Positions 1-8,701 are shown, counted from the stretch's first letter. The stretch: DNA of 25,467 nt from a virus (IMGVR_UViG_3300037782_000033:1-25467); one strand, 5' to 3'. Numbers and translations: made by a program. Notes: generated by a model not told the origin, from the letters alone.

Positions 1-8
1 GATAATAG

Positions 9-36
9 GTTTTAACATATAATTATGTGTTAAAAC
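9..36. repeat. 28-bp near-perfect palindrome GTTTTAACATATAATTATGTGTTAAAAC
   Basis: 13 of 14 positions pair (only T18/G27 mismatched); function unknown. Confidence 0.6.
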
Positions 37-165
37 ACTTATTTTATGTAACTTATGATAAATGTACCCGACTATTATTATAGATAAAATCTATTAAAAA
101 CATTATTTTTATTGTGTCTAAATTAATATGTTTATTATCGAAAAAGTAGTCAAATTGACAACGTT

Positions 166-182
166 TTGGCACACATATTGTA
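166..182 (+). promoter_or_regulatory. Putative sigma54 (-24/-12) promoter
   Basis: TTGGCACACATATTGTA: GG at 168-169, 10-nt spacer, GT at 180-181 (canonical GC). Confidence 0.4.
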
Positions 183-298
183 ATATTGCACTGAAAATGA
201 AGTTTTAATGTATGTTTTATGAACATTAAATGAAGTTTTTATTAACCCTTAAAAACAATTAATAACACGAAAAGTATTATTAATTAACACTCTTAATT

Positions 299-457
299 AT
301 GGCAAAACCAATAAAAGAAACTCCTTTTCTTACTGGTAAAGATGCTAAAAAATTTATTGAGGAAAACAAGCAAGTTGAAAAAGCATCTTGTGACGAGAAA
401 AAGGAAATCAATGAAAGTTACGAGGCGTTAAAAGAAATCGCCGAGTTTGAAATCTAG
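299..457 (+). CDS. 52-aa protein MAKPIKETPFLTGKDAKKFIEENK..., putative antitoxin of the downstream GNAT
   Basis: Translated by hand (below ORF-track cut-off); ATG 299 to TAG 457, 4 nt before the GNAT ATG; small charged protein in a TA-like two-gene arrangement. Confidence 0.75.
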   Translation: MAKPIKETPFLTGKDAKKFIEENKQVEKASCDEKKEINESYEALKEIAEFEI

Positions 458-461
458 TAAA

Positions 462-851
462 ATGAAATTGATCAGGCTTCAGCCTGATACGGAGATACTG
501 CCGTTCGACTGTAAAGACACAGATTTGAACGGCTTTCTTTTCGATGATGCTAAGAATTACGCAAAAGATTTAATTGCGGTTACTTATATCATACATAATG
601 ACACCAACACTTTAGCTTACTTTAATTACCTTAATGATAAAATATCTCATAGAGACATTGGTAATTTTGAAAAATTCGTACAAAGAGTGGGTATTCATCT
701 TCCAATGGAAAAAAGTGAGCATAAAAGTTACCCAGCAGTAAAAATAGGCAGATTAGCAGTAACCAAAGAAATTCAGACAAATGGTTTGGGTAGGCAAATA
801 ATTCAGTTTACAAAAAACCTTTTAAATAAATACTCAAATCTTGATATATGA
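462..851 (+). pseudogene. GNAT-family acetyltransferase (TA toxin-like), apparently 3'-truncated
   Basis: FDCKDTDLNGFL, YPAVKIGRLAV and acetyl-CoA loop QTNGLGRQII resemble GNAT toxins. The ORF stops about 15 aa after that loop, without the usual C-terminal VDA...FY.K.GF segment. ATG 462 is preferred over TTG 447. Confidence 0.7.
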
Positions 852-983
852 CCTATTGAAGCACAAATGTAAAACACGTTATTGAATTATGAAAAAGCAT
901 TGGTTCTATTTTCATTAATTAAAAAATTTTTAATCATTTAGCCTTGTGGTAAATTGTATATAGATGCCATTAATTTAATTTGC

Positions 984-1004
984 TATTTAGAATTATTCTA
1001 AATA
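984..1004. promoter_or_regulatory. Fur/PerR-family-like operator TATTTAGAATTATTCTAAATA
   Basis: Perfect 10-1-10 inverted repeat ending 6 bp before the -7 element of the portal operon; near-identical copy at 16846-16866. Confidence 0.75.
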
Positions 1005-1010
1005 ATTTTT

Positions 1011-1018
1011 TATATTTG
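1011..1018 (+). promoter_or_regulatory. Bacteroidota primary-sigma -7 element (TATATTTG) for the head-tail operon
   Basis: Matches TAnnTTTG, 42 nt upstream of the portal ATG. Confidence 0.65.
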
Positions 1019-1060
1019 TCCTAGAGTGCCTTTGAGTGCCATTTAAAACTAACACGTTAG

Positions 1061-2455
1061 ATGGCTAATTGGCTCAAAAGAAATTACGACAAACTTGTAT
1101 TAAGAACGGTAGATAAAAGCTCAATCACCGTTTCACCTTCCGCACAACAAGCCCTAAACCTTATACCACCTTCAATATTCCTAACTAAAGGTACACCAAC
1201 TTGGCAAAATCTATCTGAACTTATTTACCTACTAGACTGCTACTACTCTAACCCAGTAGTTAATGCCATTGTAAACATAAAGGCAGAAGCATTCGCAAAC
1301 ATGCGCTTTAAGGTAAAGGATTTAAAGACCGAAGAAATCATTCCGCTAAAACAGTACGATGCAGATGGTGGCAAGTTAAGACAGTTACTAAGCAAACCAA
1401 ACCCACTTCAAACAGGATCCGAATGGTTAAGACAGCTCAAGGTTAATTACGAGGTGTTCGGTAATGGTTACGTGTATGGAATGATTCCGATAGGATGGGA
1501 AAACCGTTTTACTTACGAAGATATCGAAGTGCTTAACAACCTACCACCCTATTGTATAAGTCCAGTACTCACAGGTAACTGGCTTACAGCTACTAAAAAA
1601 GAGGAAATTATAAGCAAGTACGTTCTAAAGAACTTCAACAACATCAATAAGGATTTGCACCCAAATACTGTGATGCATTTCAATAACGTCAACATTCGCT
1701 TTGATAGTGATTTCACGCAAGGCAAATCAGACTTATTAGCACTTACTAAACCTATAACCAACATTACAAAAGCCTTTGAAGCTCGTAATGTACTTATAGA
1801 ACGTAGAGGGCCTCAAGGTGCATGGACATCTGATCTAAAAGATGATGTTATGGGTTCAATTCCTATGGATGATGAACAAATAACATCAGTACAAAAAGCC
1901 TTTGCAAAGTACGGATTAATGGACGACCAGTATTCTCAGATAATTAGTCCAATGCCTTTAAAGTTCCAAAAAACAGGCTTTAGCACTAAGGATTTAATGT
2001 TGTTTGAAGAAGTTGAAAGCGATGCTATAGCAATCGCAGTATCTAAAGGTGTGCCTGAATTGTTAGTGAAGTACTACGTACAAGGTGGAACGTTCGAAAA
2101 CCTTAACGCATCAGAAAAGCGACTTTACGATTCCACAATCATTCCTGAAACAGATGATTTTATGCAGAATTTCAACAGTTTCTTTAATACTGAAAGTCTA
2201 GGAATAGAACTATTGGGCACATACGACCATCTCAACATCCTACAAGCCAACAAAAAAGAAGAAGCCGAAACCACAGAAAAGCACTCACAAACTGCTGAAC
2301 GTGCTTTTAGAAGTGGTGCAATTAATTACAACGATTATTTAACAGCTATAGGATTACCACATAACGATACTATTGGTGAACTGCATATCTGGGATTTAAC
2401 ACCAGAACAGCTAAACGCTATTAACATAAAAACCGAAATCGCTAAAAATGAATAG
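1061..2455 (+). CDS. Phage portal protein (HK97-like family)
   Basis: YYSNPVVNAIVNIKAEAFA, LLSKPNPLQTGSEW, VFGNGYVY, IAVSKGVPELL and TFEN motifs; 464 aa; first gene of the head module. Confidence 0.93.
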   Translation: MANWLKRNYDKLVLRTVDKSSITVSPSAQQALNLIPPSIFLTKGTPTWQNLSELIYLLDCYYSNPVVNAIVNIKAEAFANMRFKVKDLKTEEIIPLKQYDADGGKLRQLLSKPNPLQTGSEWLRQLKVNYEVFGNGYVYGMIPIGWENRFTYEDIEVLNNLPPYCISPVLTGNWLTATKKEEIISKYVLKNFNNINKDLHPNTVMHFNNVNIRFDSDFTQGKSDLLALTKPITNITKAFEARNVLIERRGPQGAWTSDLKDDVMGSIPMDDEQITSVQKAFAKYGLMDDQYSQIISPMPLKFQKTGFSTKDLMLFEEVESDAIAIAVSKGVPELLVKYYVQGGTFENLNASEKRLYDSTIIPETDDFMQNFNSFFNTESLGIELLGTYDHLNILQANKKEEAETTEKHSQTAERAFRSGAINYNDYLTAIGLPHNDTIGELHIWDLTPEQLNAINIKTEIAKNE

Positions 2456-2582
2456 TAAAATCATAGGACATACAGGAAATATTCAAATAACCACATGCCC
2501 AATCACAGGTTACAAATATTCATTTCAACCCTTTTACAGAAAGTTAACAAGAAGCGAGAAACGAAAACTTAAAACCGAATAA
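2448..2582 (+). CDS. 44-aa hypothetical protein (MNSKIIGHTGNIQITTCPITGYKYSFQPFYRKLTRSEKRKLKTE)
   Basis: Translated by hand; overlaps the portal stop by 8 nt and ends 1 nt before the next ATG. Confidence 0.5.
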   Translation: MNSKIIGHTGNIQITTCPITGYKYSFQPFYRKLTRSEKRKLKTE

Positions 2583-2583
2583 C

Positions 2584-2712
2584 ATGGAAGCGAAAATCGA
2601 AAAACTAAAAGATTTAAGACGTAAGGCTGAAAAAAACGGTGACGAAAGGTTAAAAGAATCACTAGATAACAAGATAAAAGCATTGTCTAACTCTAAAACC
2701 GTGACAAAATGA
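2584..2712 (+). CDS. 42-aa basic helical head-module protein (MEAKIEKLKDLRRKAEKNGDERLKESLDNKIKALSNSKTVTK)
   Basis: Translated by hand; ATGA overlap with the protease start suggests translational coupling. Confidence 0.7.
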   Translation: MEAKIEKLKDLRRKAEKNGDERLKESLDNKIKALSNSKTVTK

Positions 2713-3515
2713 ATTATACCATAAAACAATATCCAGGCAAAAAGTTCACGGATAAGATGGACCAGACAAGGTTTATCAAAAAACATCTTGAGGAACTAAG
2801 AGAAATCAAGAAGGCTGAGTACAAAACCAACTCACAGCCTATAATTCAAGGTTTAAAAACTAAAGAATTTACACCAATGATTGAGGATATAACATCAGAT
2901 TTCATCGAAGTAAAGTCTGTTATCAATACCACTAATATTATTGATAGCCATTTAGACCTACACATGCCAAAGATTTGGAATAAAACCGTAAAGGACAATC
3001 CATATAGTCATCATTTAAAGCAACACGAGAACAAGTTCGAGAGCGTCATCTCCAAAAAAGCTAAGAGTTACAACGAGAACTCAAACTTTAACCAATTAGG
3101 TCTCGATGTTGACTTTAAAACGGTGGCTAATATCAATCAATTTGTTTTAGAGCGTTCAAAAATACCGTTCATGTTCGATGCCTATAAAAACGGTGACGTA
3201 GACCAACATTCCGTTGGGATGCTTTACGTCGATTTAGACATCGCTTACTACGATGAGGACAGCCAAAAGCAGATGGATTTCTTTAACGAAATGAAATCAA
3301 AATGTGTTAATCCTGATGTAGCTGACGAGTACGGTTACTTCTGGGTTATATACGAAGCTAAGAAACGCGAGGGAAGCGCAGTTGTGTTTGGCAGCAACAG
3401 CGTTACACCTACCCTTTGGGTGAAAAACTATGAGCCGCAAAACAGCACTCAGAAAGAAGCCGCGAGAGCACTTCAAGCCAAACGAAATTTAATTATTAAT
3501 CATTTAAACAACTAA
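2709..3515 (+). CDS. Prohead maturation protease (HK97-type)
   Basis: Lies between portal and capsid; NTTNIIDSHLD, HLKQH, QHSVGM and EGSAVVFGSN..TP correspond to the His/Ser/Glu motifs of phage prohead proteases. Confidence 0.85.
   Translation: MNYTIKQYPGKKFTDKMDQTRFIKKHLEELREIKKAEYKTNSQPIIQGLKTKEFTPMIEDITSDFIEVKSVINTTNIIDSHLDLHMPKIWNKTVKDNPYSHHLKQHENKFESVISKKAKSYNENSNFNQLGLDVDFKTVANINQFVLERSKIPFMFDAYKNGDVDQHSVGMLYVDLDIAYYDEDSQKQMDFFNEMKSKCVNPDVADEYGYFWVIYEAKKREGSAVVFGSNSVTPTLWVKNYEPQNSTQKEAARALQAKRNLIINHLNN
3431..3474 (+). repeat. Tandem pair of same-shape RNA hairpins at the protease 3' end, upstream of the capsid gene
   Basis: UGAG-CC-GC-(AAAACA)-GC-A-CUCA and GAAG-CC-GC-(GAGA)-GC-A-CUUC. 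Confidence 0.55.
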
Positions 3516-3517
3516 AA

Positions 3518-5218
3518 ATGAAAAACATTTTTAAGAACAAAACAGTATTGTTTTTATGCCTGCTTTTTGCGGTGGCATTAACATTTGCATTATTAGACCC
3601 ACTAGCTGGTGGTGCTATGAGTATCGCTTCCTTAGTTCCAATTTGGGGAAGTATTAAAGAAGGAACTTTTAAAGAATTATCGGTAGATGAAATCGCTAAA
3701 CTTTCAGATGAAGAACAAGCGCAATATTTCGCTGATAAGGCTGAGTATCAAAAAGAAGAAATCAAAAAAGAATTATCTGTATTGGTTTCTAAAGCAAAAG
3801 CAGACTTGATATCTAAATCTGATTTTGACAAAGAATTTGATGCTATTAAAGGTAAACTAAAGGACATTGATGTTGATAAATTTAACAAATTTGAACAAGC
3901 CTTAGAAAAGTATCAAGAAATTGTAAAAACTCAAGGCATCGAATTAGCTAAATTAAAAGACAGTGGTATTCCTACTTCTGCTAAAAATGCTTTTAAAGAA
4001 GAACTTAAGAAAGCTCTTGATAGTGAAGAATACAAGGAATTTGTAGAGTCTAACGGAAAAAAGAAAGCATCTTTTAGTTTAAAAGCAGTATCTATTTCAG
4101 ATGATTATACAGGTAATAGTCTTGTACATATCACTTCAAGAGATTCAAGAGTAGTTGACCGTCCAGAAGTAACACGTTTAAACGTAAGAGATTTATTAAC
4201 TGTAATACCAACAGACTTACCTTATTTAGCTTTTACTGAGGTTTATGATTGGGATAGAAACACAGGAACAATATCAGAGAATGGCTCATTAGCAGAATCA
4301 ACATTCAAAGTTAGAGAAGCTACTGTAGATGCTAAACGTATTGGTACGCATATACCGTTATCAAAAAGAATGTTGCGTTCAGCTTCATTTGTAATGGGTC
4401 ATATCATGCAGAAATTACCTGCAATGGTAAGATACCAAGAGGATTTTCAATTATTACATGGTGATGGTGCTGGTGACAATGTTTTAGGTGTAAACAAAAA
4501 AGCACAAGATTTTACAACATTAATAAACACCTCTATTACGGGATCTGCTGGTGCTGTAGCATCTGTAGAAACTTATGATGGTGGTGCAAAAGCATTAATC
4601 ACATTTGCTGCTAATCAAAATCTAAATAATGGTGACACTATTACTATTGCTAATGCAACAGAAGCTAGTTACAATGCTTCTCATTCTGCTATTGTAAAGA
4701 GCCCTACTCAAATAGTTATCGAATTAGCTTATGTGGCTGAAGCAGACACTTCTGCATGGACATTTACTGTAAACAGTCCGTTTAAAGATTCAATCGAAGC
4801 TGCTCAAGAAATCGATGTACTAAAAGTTGCTAAAACTTTAGTTACAGTTCAAGAGTACATGGCTACAGGTATTGTTTTAAACCCTGTTGATGCTACTAAA
4901 ATTGAAACTTTAAAAGGCAGTGATGAACATTATATTGATGTTCAAAGACTAGAAAATGGCGTATTAACAATTGGTGGTATTCCAGTTGTTGAGACTACTG
5001 CTATGCCTGCTGGTAAATTTATCGTTGGTGATTGGGTTTTAGCTGCTGCATTAGCGCAGTTCTCAGAATTAACTTTAGAATTTTCTGAAAGCACTCAAGA
5101 AAAACTTAAGAATATGGTTGAGGCTATTATTCAAGAGGAAGTGTTATTCCCAATCTATAACCCTTACATGTTCGTAACAGGTGACTTTACGACTGCTAAG
5201 GCTGCAATAGGTGTATAA
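3518..5218 (+). CDS. Major capsid protein, HK97 fold, with N-terminal hydrophobic plus coiled-coil scaffold region and an internal beta-rich insertion
   Basis: VRDLL, SENGSLAESTFK, KRIGTHIPLSKRML, EDFQLLHGDG, IVLNPVD..I..LK, IGGIPVVET..MPAGKFIVGD and KNMV motifs. Confidence 0.93.
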   Translation: MKNIFKNKTVLFLCLLFAVALTFALLDPLAGGAMSIASLVPIWGSIKEGTFKELSVDEIAKLSDEEQAQYFADKAEYQKEEIKKELSVLVSKAKADLISKSDFDKEFDAIKGKLKDIDVDKFNKFEQALEKYQEIVKTQGIELAKLKDSGIPTSAKNAFKEELKKALDSEEYKEFVESNGKKKASFSLKAVSISDDYTGNSLVHITSRDSRVVDRPEVTRLNVRDLLTVIPTDLPYLAFTEVYDWDRNTGTISENGSLAESTFKVREATVDAKRIGTHIPLSKRMLRSASFVMGHIMQKLPAMVRYQEDFQLLHGDGAGDNVLGVNKKAQDFTTLINTSITGSAGAVASVETYDGGAKALITFAANQNLNNGDTITIANATEASYNASHSAIVKSPTQIVIELAYVAEADTSAWTFTVNSPFKDSIEAAQEIDVLKVAKTLVTVQEYMATGIVLNPVDATKIETLKGSDEHYIDVQRLENGVLTIGGIPVVETTAMPAGKFIVGDWVLAAALAQFSELTLEFSESTQEKLKNMVEAIIQEEVLFPIYNPYMFVTGDFTTAKAAIGV

Positions 5219-5430
5219 TGGGTAGGTTAATTTTTGAAGGTGACGATAAGGTTTTATCAACAATCTCAAAATCTAACCGATTAAGAGTTAAAAAGTATGG
5301 CCTTAAAGTCACTTTAGAATCAAAGGATAGTAAAGTTACTATTCCATCAAATAAGGAAAACTCAAAAGAGTCTAAACCTAAGAGAGCCAAAACAAGCAAA
5401 AAAGCTGGTGACGACAAAAAAGCCAAATAA
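5218..5430 (+). CDS. Small Lys-rich head-associated protein
   Basis: TAATG coupling to the capsid gene; 70 aa, very basic C-terminus. Confidence 0.7.
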   Translation: MGRLIFEGDDKVLSTISKSNRLRVKKYGLKVTLESKDSKVTIPSNKENSKESKPKRAKTSKKAGDDKKAK

Positions 5431-5439
5431 GGCATAACA

Positions 5440-6078
5440 ATGATTACAACTAGAGATTACTTTATACTCAATACCGAACTGCCATTTGTTTCAGATGACG
5501 TTCCCAACGCTTCATTGGTTGGGAACATATCTGAAGCGGATAGTGCCATACAACGCTATGAAAAGGATATACTTCAAAAAACTTTAGGGTATAGTCTTTA
5601 CAAAGCCTTTATGGATCAGTTTGATTATGATGCTCAAACCATAAGACACACCATAAAAGGCAGTGCAGACCAGAAATGGAAAGACCTACTAAACGGTGTA
5701 GCATACGTTAAAAACGGTGTTAACGTGGTTTGGCAAGGTATCATCTTTACCGACGAAACTGTAAAACGCAGTTTTATTACTAATTACGTTTACTGCGAAT
5801 GGCTAAAAAAGGAAACAAGCAAACACTTAGGTGTGGGCTTAAGCAATCCACAAGCCAAAGGTGCAACAAAAGCAAGTCCAACATACAAGTTTACAGAAGC
5901 CTATAATGATTTTGTAGATGTTGTTGTAGGTAACTTTTGTAACGGTTACAGTGACGAACTCGGTACAGGTGTACGTAGTCTTTATGAATTTATAAACGAT
6001 AAGAACGAAGAAAGCCCTAATACGTATCCTAATTGGATGCCAAAGGACTTTAAAAAGGTTAACGTCTTTAGTATATGA
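5440..6078 (+). CDS. Putative head-tail adaptor/connector
   Basis: Position after capsid; 212 aa, largely helical; function from synteny only. Confidence 0.6.
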   Translation: MITTRDYFILNTELPFVSDDVPNASLVGNISEADSAIQRYEKDILQKTLGYSLYKAFMDQFDYDAQTIRHTIKGSADQKWKDLLNGVAYVKNGVNVVWQGIIFTDETVKRSFITNYVYCEWLKKETSKHLGVGLSNPQAKGATKASPTYKFTEAYNDFVDVVVGNFCNGYSDELGTGVRSLYEFINDKNEESPNTYPNWMPKDFKKVNVFSI

Positions 6079-6578
6079 TACAGTTAGAAAACAGATTTAT
6101 TGAGGTTTTTGATACCGTACCAAACATAGATTTTATGGATGCTTCCCTAAAGTCTAAGTATGATTTCGGAACAGAAGCCGATTGTATTCGTTTTATGACC
6201 GTAAACTCTAAAGGAAAAGACAAATACCCTTTGATTTGGTTAGAAACACCTATCAATCTTAAAGGAAAAGAGCCTTTGTTCAAAACACGTTTAAAATTCA
6301 TTTTAGCCTATCCAACACAGGCAAACATGGAAAATAGGCAACGTTTAGAAACCTATTTTAAAGAGGTGTTAGATGTAATGTTCGATTATGTGATTACAGC
6401 ATTACAGCAATGCGGATTTGTTCGGTTTATTAACCAGGAACAAAACACATTTGCAAGACATTACAATTACACCAACGTAGCAGAAGATAAATCCAAATTG
6501 GATATATGGGATGCTATTGTGTTCGGTAGAGATGTAGAGATAAACTCAAGTTGTAGTACAAAAACAATTAATTATTAA
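6075..6578 (+). CDS. Putative tail terminator/completion protein
   Basis: ATGA-coupled; KYPLIWLE motif; immediately precedes the tail tube gene. Confidence 0.55.
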   Translation: MIQLENRFIEVFDTVPNIDFMDASLKSKYDFGTEADCIRFMTVNSKGKDKYPLIWLETPINLKGKEPLFKTRLKFILAYPTQANMENRQRLETYFKEVLDVMFDYVITALQQCGFVRFINQEQNTFARHYNYTNVAEDKSKLDIWDAIVFGRDVEINSSCSTKTINY

Positions 6579-6590
6579 AAATCACATACG

Positions 6591-7469
6591 ATGATAAACG
6601 ATAAATGCGGTACTACAAGTGCCAAAAAGCTAACAGGTGCTGATAAGCAGTGCCTTACCAAACCAACGGTTGCTTACGCCTTGGCTAAAGAAAGTCAGTC
6701 GTTTGCCGATGCTGCAGCATTTAGAAGCAAAACCGCTTGGGATACTGCAAAAGAAGCTAAGGATATCGTAGTTATGTACAGCGTTGATAAGTCAGAACTT
6801 GCCAATGTTGAGCCTACTTACTACGAAGGTAGAATTAGCAGAATTGAAACTAAAGAAGCGCGTAAAGGTTTACGTGTAACTCACCTTTTAGGCTATTGTT
6901 CTCATGGTGCTCTAAAAACCTATGAAGAAAGCGAATATACTCGTGTATATGAGTTTACAGAAGATGGACAGATTAAGGGTGTAGAGCAATCTGACGGTAC
7001 AATAAAAGGGCAAGAGTTAAGCAACTTCTTAGTAGGTATCGTTAACGAACCAGTAATCGAGGGCGATCCTCAAAACTGTGTTGTAGAGTTTGTTTATGCA
7101 GACCCTAACGAGCTGTCAAACAACGGTGCGGTAGTTACACCAGACTTTAACGTGTTAAAGTACAAAGGTATCTATCCAGCAACGTTAACGGTTGTGGGTA
7201 CACCATCAGCTACATCTTTAGTCGTTAGAGCAACTTACGGTTGTGACAACAAGCCTTTAACAGGTTTGGATATTGACGATTTCAAAGTGTTATTAGCTAA
7301 TGGAAACGCTCAAACACCAGATAGTGTTAGTGAAGGTTCTGGTGATGATGCCAACCTTTACACATTTGTAGATACAGACTTAGCGACTGGTACTATTGCA
7401 ACCAACGTTGTAGTACAGACCTTAGCGATGTTTGAAACCGAAGCAGCAGTATCATTCACAGTTAGTTAA
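6591..7469 (+). CDS. Major tail tube protein, probably with C-terminal Ig-like domain
   Basis: Position, size (292 aa) and Thr/Val-rich beta C-terminus; no sheath gene, so the tail is non-contractile. Confidence 0.7.
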   Translation: MINDKCGTTSAKKLTGADKQCLTKPTVAYALAKESQSFADAAAFRSKTAWDTAKEAKDIVVMYSVDKSELANVEPTYYEGRISRIETKEARKGLRVTHLLGYCSHGALKTYEESEYTRVYEFTEDGQIKGVEQSDGTIKGQELSNFLVGIVNEPVIEGDPQNCVVEFVYADPNELSNNGAVVTPDFNVLKYKGIYPATLTVVGTPSATSLVVRATYGCDNKPLTGLDIDDFKVLLANGNAQTPDSVSEGSGDDANLYTFVDTDLATGTIATNVVVQTLAMFETEAAVSFTVS

Positions 7470-7471
7470 TC

Positions 7472-7708
7472 ATGGGAAAAGTATATAAAAATGTGTCTTT
7501 CAACGAAAATTACAGTCCTAAATGGGATGAATTCAAAAAGTCACATTCACATATCATCCCATTAGACGAACTCGAAGAAGCATACAAAGCTTTAACAGGT
7601 AAAGATATTACAAAGAAACAGAAAATCGCATTACAAAAAGAAATCAATGGCAACACTTCAACAGCAACTTCAGAGAGTTCAGAAGCTAACGCCAACGCAT
7701 CTGAGTAG
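7472..7708 (+). CDS. Hypothetical phage protein
   Basis: Starts 2 nt after the tail tube stop; its low-complexity tail overlaps the next gene by 62 nt. Confidence 0.65.
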   Translation: MGKVYKNVSFNENYSPKWDEFKKSHSHIIPLDELEEAYKALTGKDITKKQKIALQKEINGNTSTATSESSEANANASE

Positions 7709-8123
7709 TGTACTGTTTCAATATCTAAAATCCATTGAAGATGAAATGGCGGAACTCAACCGTCAACAGATATTCAAAGAAAGTGAGGATATATTCGGAC
7801 AGCCTTTGGGTGAGTACTCAGAGGCTACCGAATACATCACAACAAATGAGGCTCTTTTAGGCAAAGGAACGATTATAAAGCGTGAAGGTGAGCCTTACGA
7901 TTTTAAACAAACAGGTGTCTTTTTACCGTCCATTTTTGCAAGGGTAGTTAACAATCAAGTCTTATTTGGCAGTACAGACCCAAAGCTCGATGAGATTTTT
8001 GACAATGTAAGATTAAAGAGCAAAGCATTCTTTGGACTTCAAGACGTCAACAAAGTATTTATAATACAGCAAAGGCTTCTACCCTATTTACAGAATTACA
8101 TCCGAAAGGAACTAAAGCTATGA
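7647..8123 (+). CDS. Putative virion morphogenesis/tail completion protein
   Basis: LNRQQI...D.FG..L.EYS.AT, TGVF and FFGL pattern; position in the tail module. Confidence 0.55.
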   Translation: MATLQQQLQRVQKLTPTHLSSVLFQYLKSIEDEMAELNRQQIFKESEDIFGQPLGEYSEATEYITTNEALLGKGTIIKREGEPYDFKQTGVFLPSIFARVVNNQVLFGSTDPKLDEIFDNVRLKSKAFFGLQDVNKVFIIQQRLLPYLQNYIRKELKL

Positions 8124-8701
8124 CCTATACATCCTTAGATACCATTCCTTTAAAACTGTTTTATCAGATCATGAGTTCTGGCGACGTGTCGTTATTAACA
8201 GATGATAAAAACGAGTTAAAGAATACATCAAAGCTATGGGAACAAATCAAGGCCGAGTTTGAGGAACTAGACCCAACAAACCAAATTCAAAAAACCTTTA
8301 GAACTCTAAAAGAAATCGAGGAATACAAAACCCAATACAATGGCATACAGTTCGCAATTGAAGCTTTAAGGTTTGATAGAGATTTAGACCTAGAAAATCA
8401 GCTGAGAGAGTTCGGATTTAAGTTAACCGAAGATAATCTCATTAACGACTTAGAGACTATCAAAAATGAAAGTCAAGCCTTGTTAATGTTCATTGAAGAA
8501 CTCGAAGCCTTATTACCAAAGCACAACGGTAAAAAAGCAACAAGCATGGACGAAGTTATACTAGGCTATGCGAGTTATACCAATCTACAATATACCAACA
8601 CCAACAGCATCACAGTAACACAGTTCTATGCCCTTAAAAAGGTATTCGACGAAAAGTTAAAAGCAATGCGCCAACAGGCAGCAAAAAACAAACGTAAGTA
8701 A
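8120..8701 (+). CDS. Putative tail assembly chaperone
   Basis: Helical acidic protein directly upstream of, and TAATG-coupled to, the tape measure gene. Confidence 0.55.
   Translation: MTYTSLDTIPLKLFYQIMSSGDVSLLTDDKNELKNTSKLWEQIKAEFEELDPTNQIQKTFRTLKEIEEYKTQYNGIQFAIEALRFDRDLDLENQLREFGFKLTEDNLINDLETIKNESQALLMFIEELEALLPKHNGKKATSMDEVILGYASYTNLQYTNTNSITVTQFYALKKVFDEKLKAMRQQAAKNKRK

Noticed and set aside
9-36. Palindrome as a chromosomal dif (XerCD) site
   Set aside because: Arms resemble TTTAACATA, but register and spacing do not match the 11-6-11 dif consensus; kept only as an unexplained palindrome.
979-982. TTTG as the -33 element of the portal promoter
   Set aside because: It lies 28 bp from the -7 element, longer than the usual spacing of about 19-21 bp.
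1-1060. Second att site (duplicate of the tRNA-Ser 3' end) at the left edge
   Set aside because: No GCGGAGAAAGAGGGATTCG-like copy seen by eye; the left boundary is not in the window.
8683-8697. In-frame slippery heptamer A-AAA-AAC at the end of the putative tail chaperone (possible -1 frameshift into the tape measure frame)
   Set aside because: The -1 frame hits TAA at 8695-8697 before the tape measure ATG, so no fusion results.
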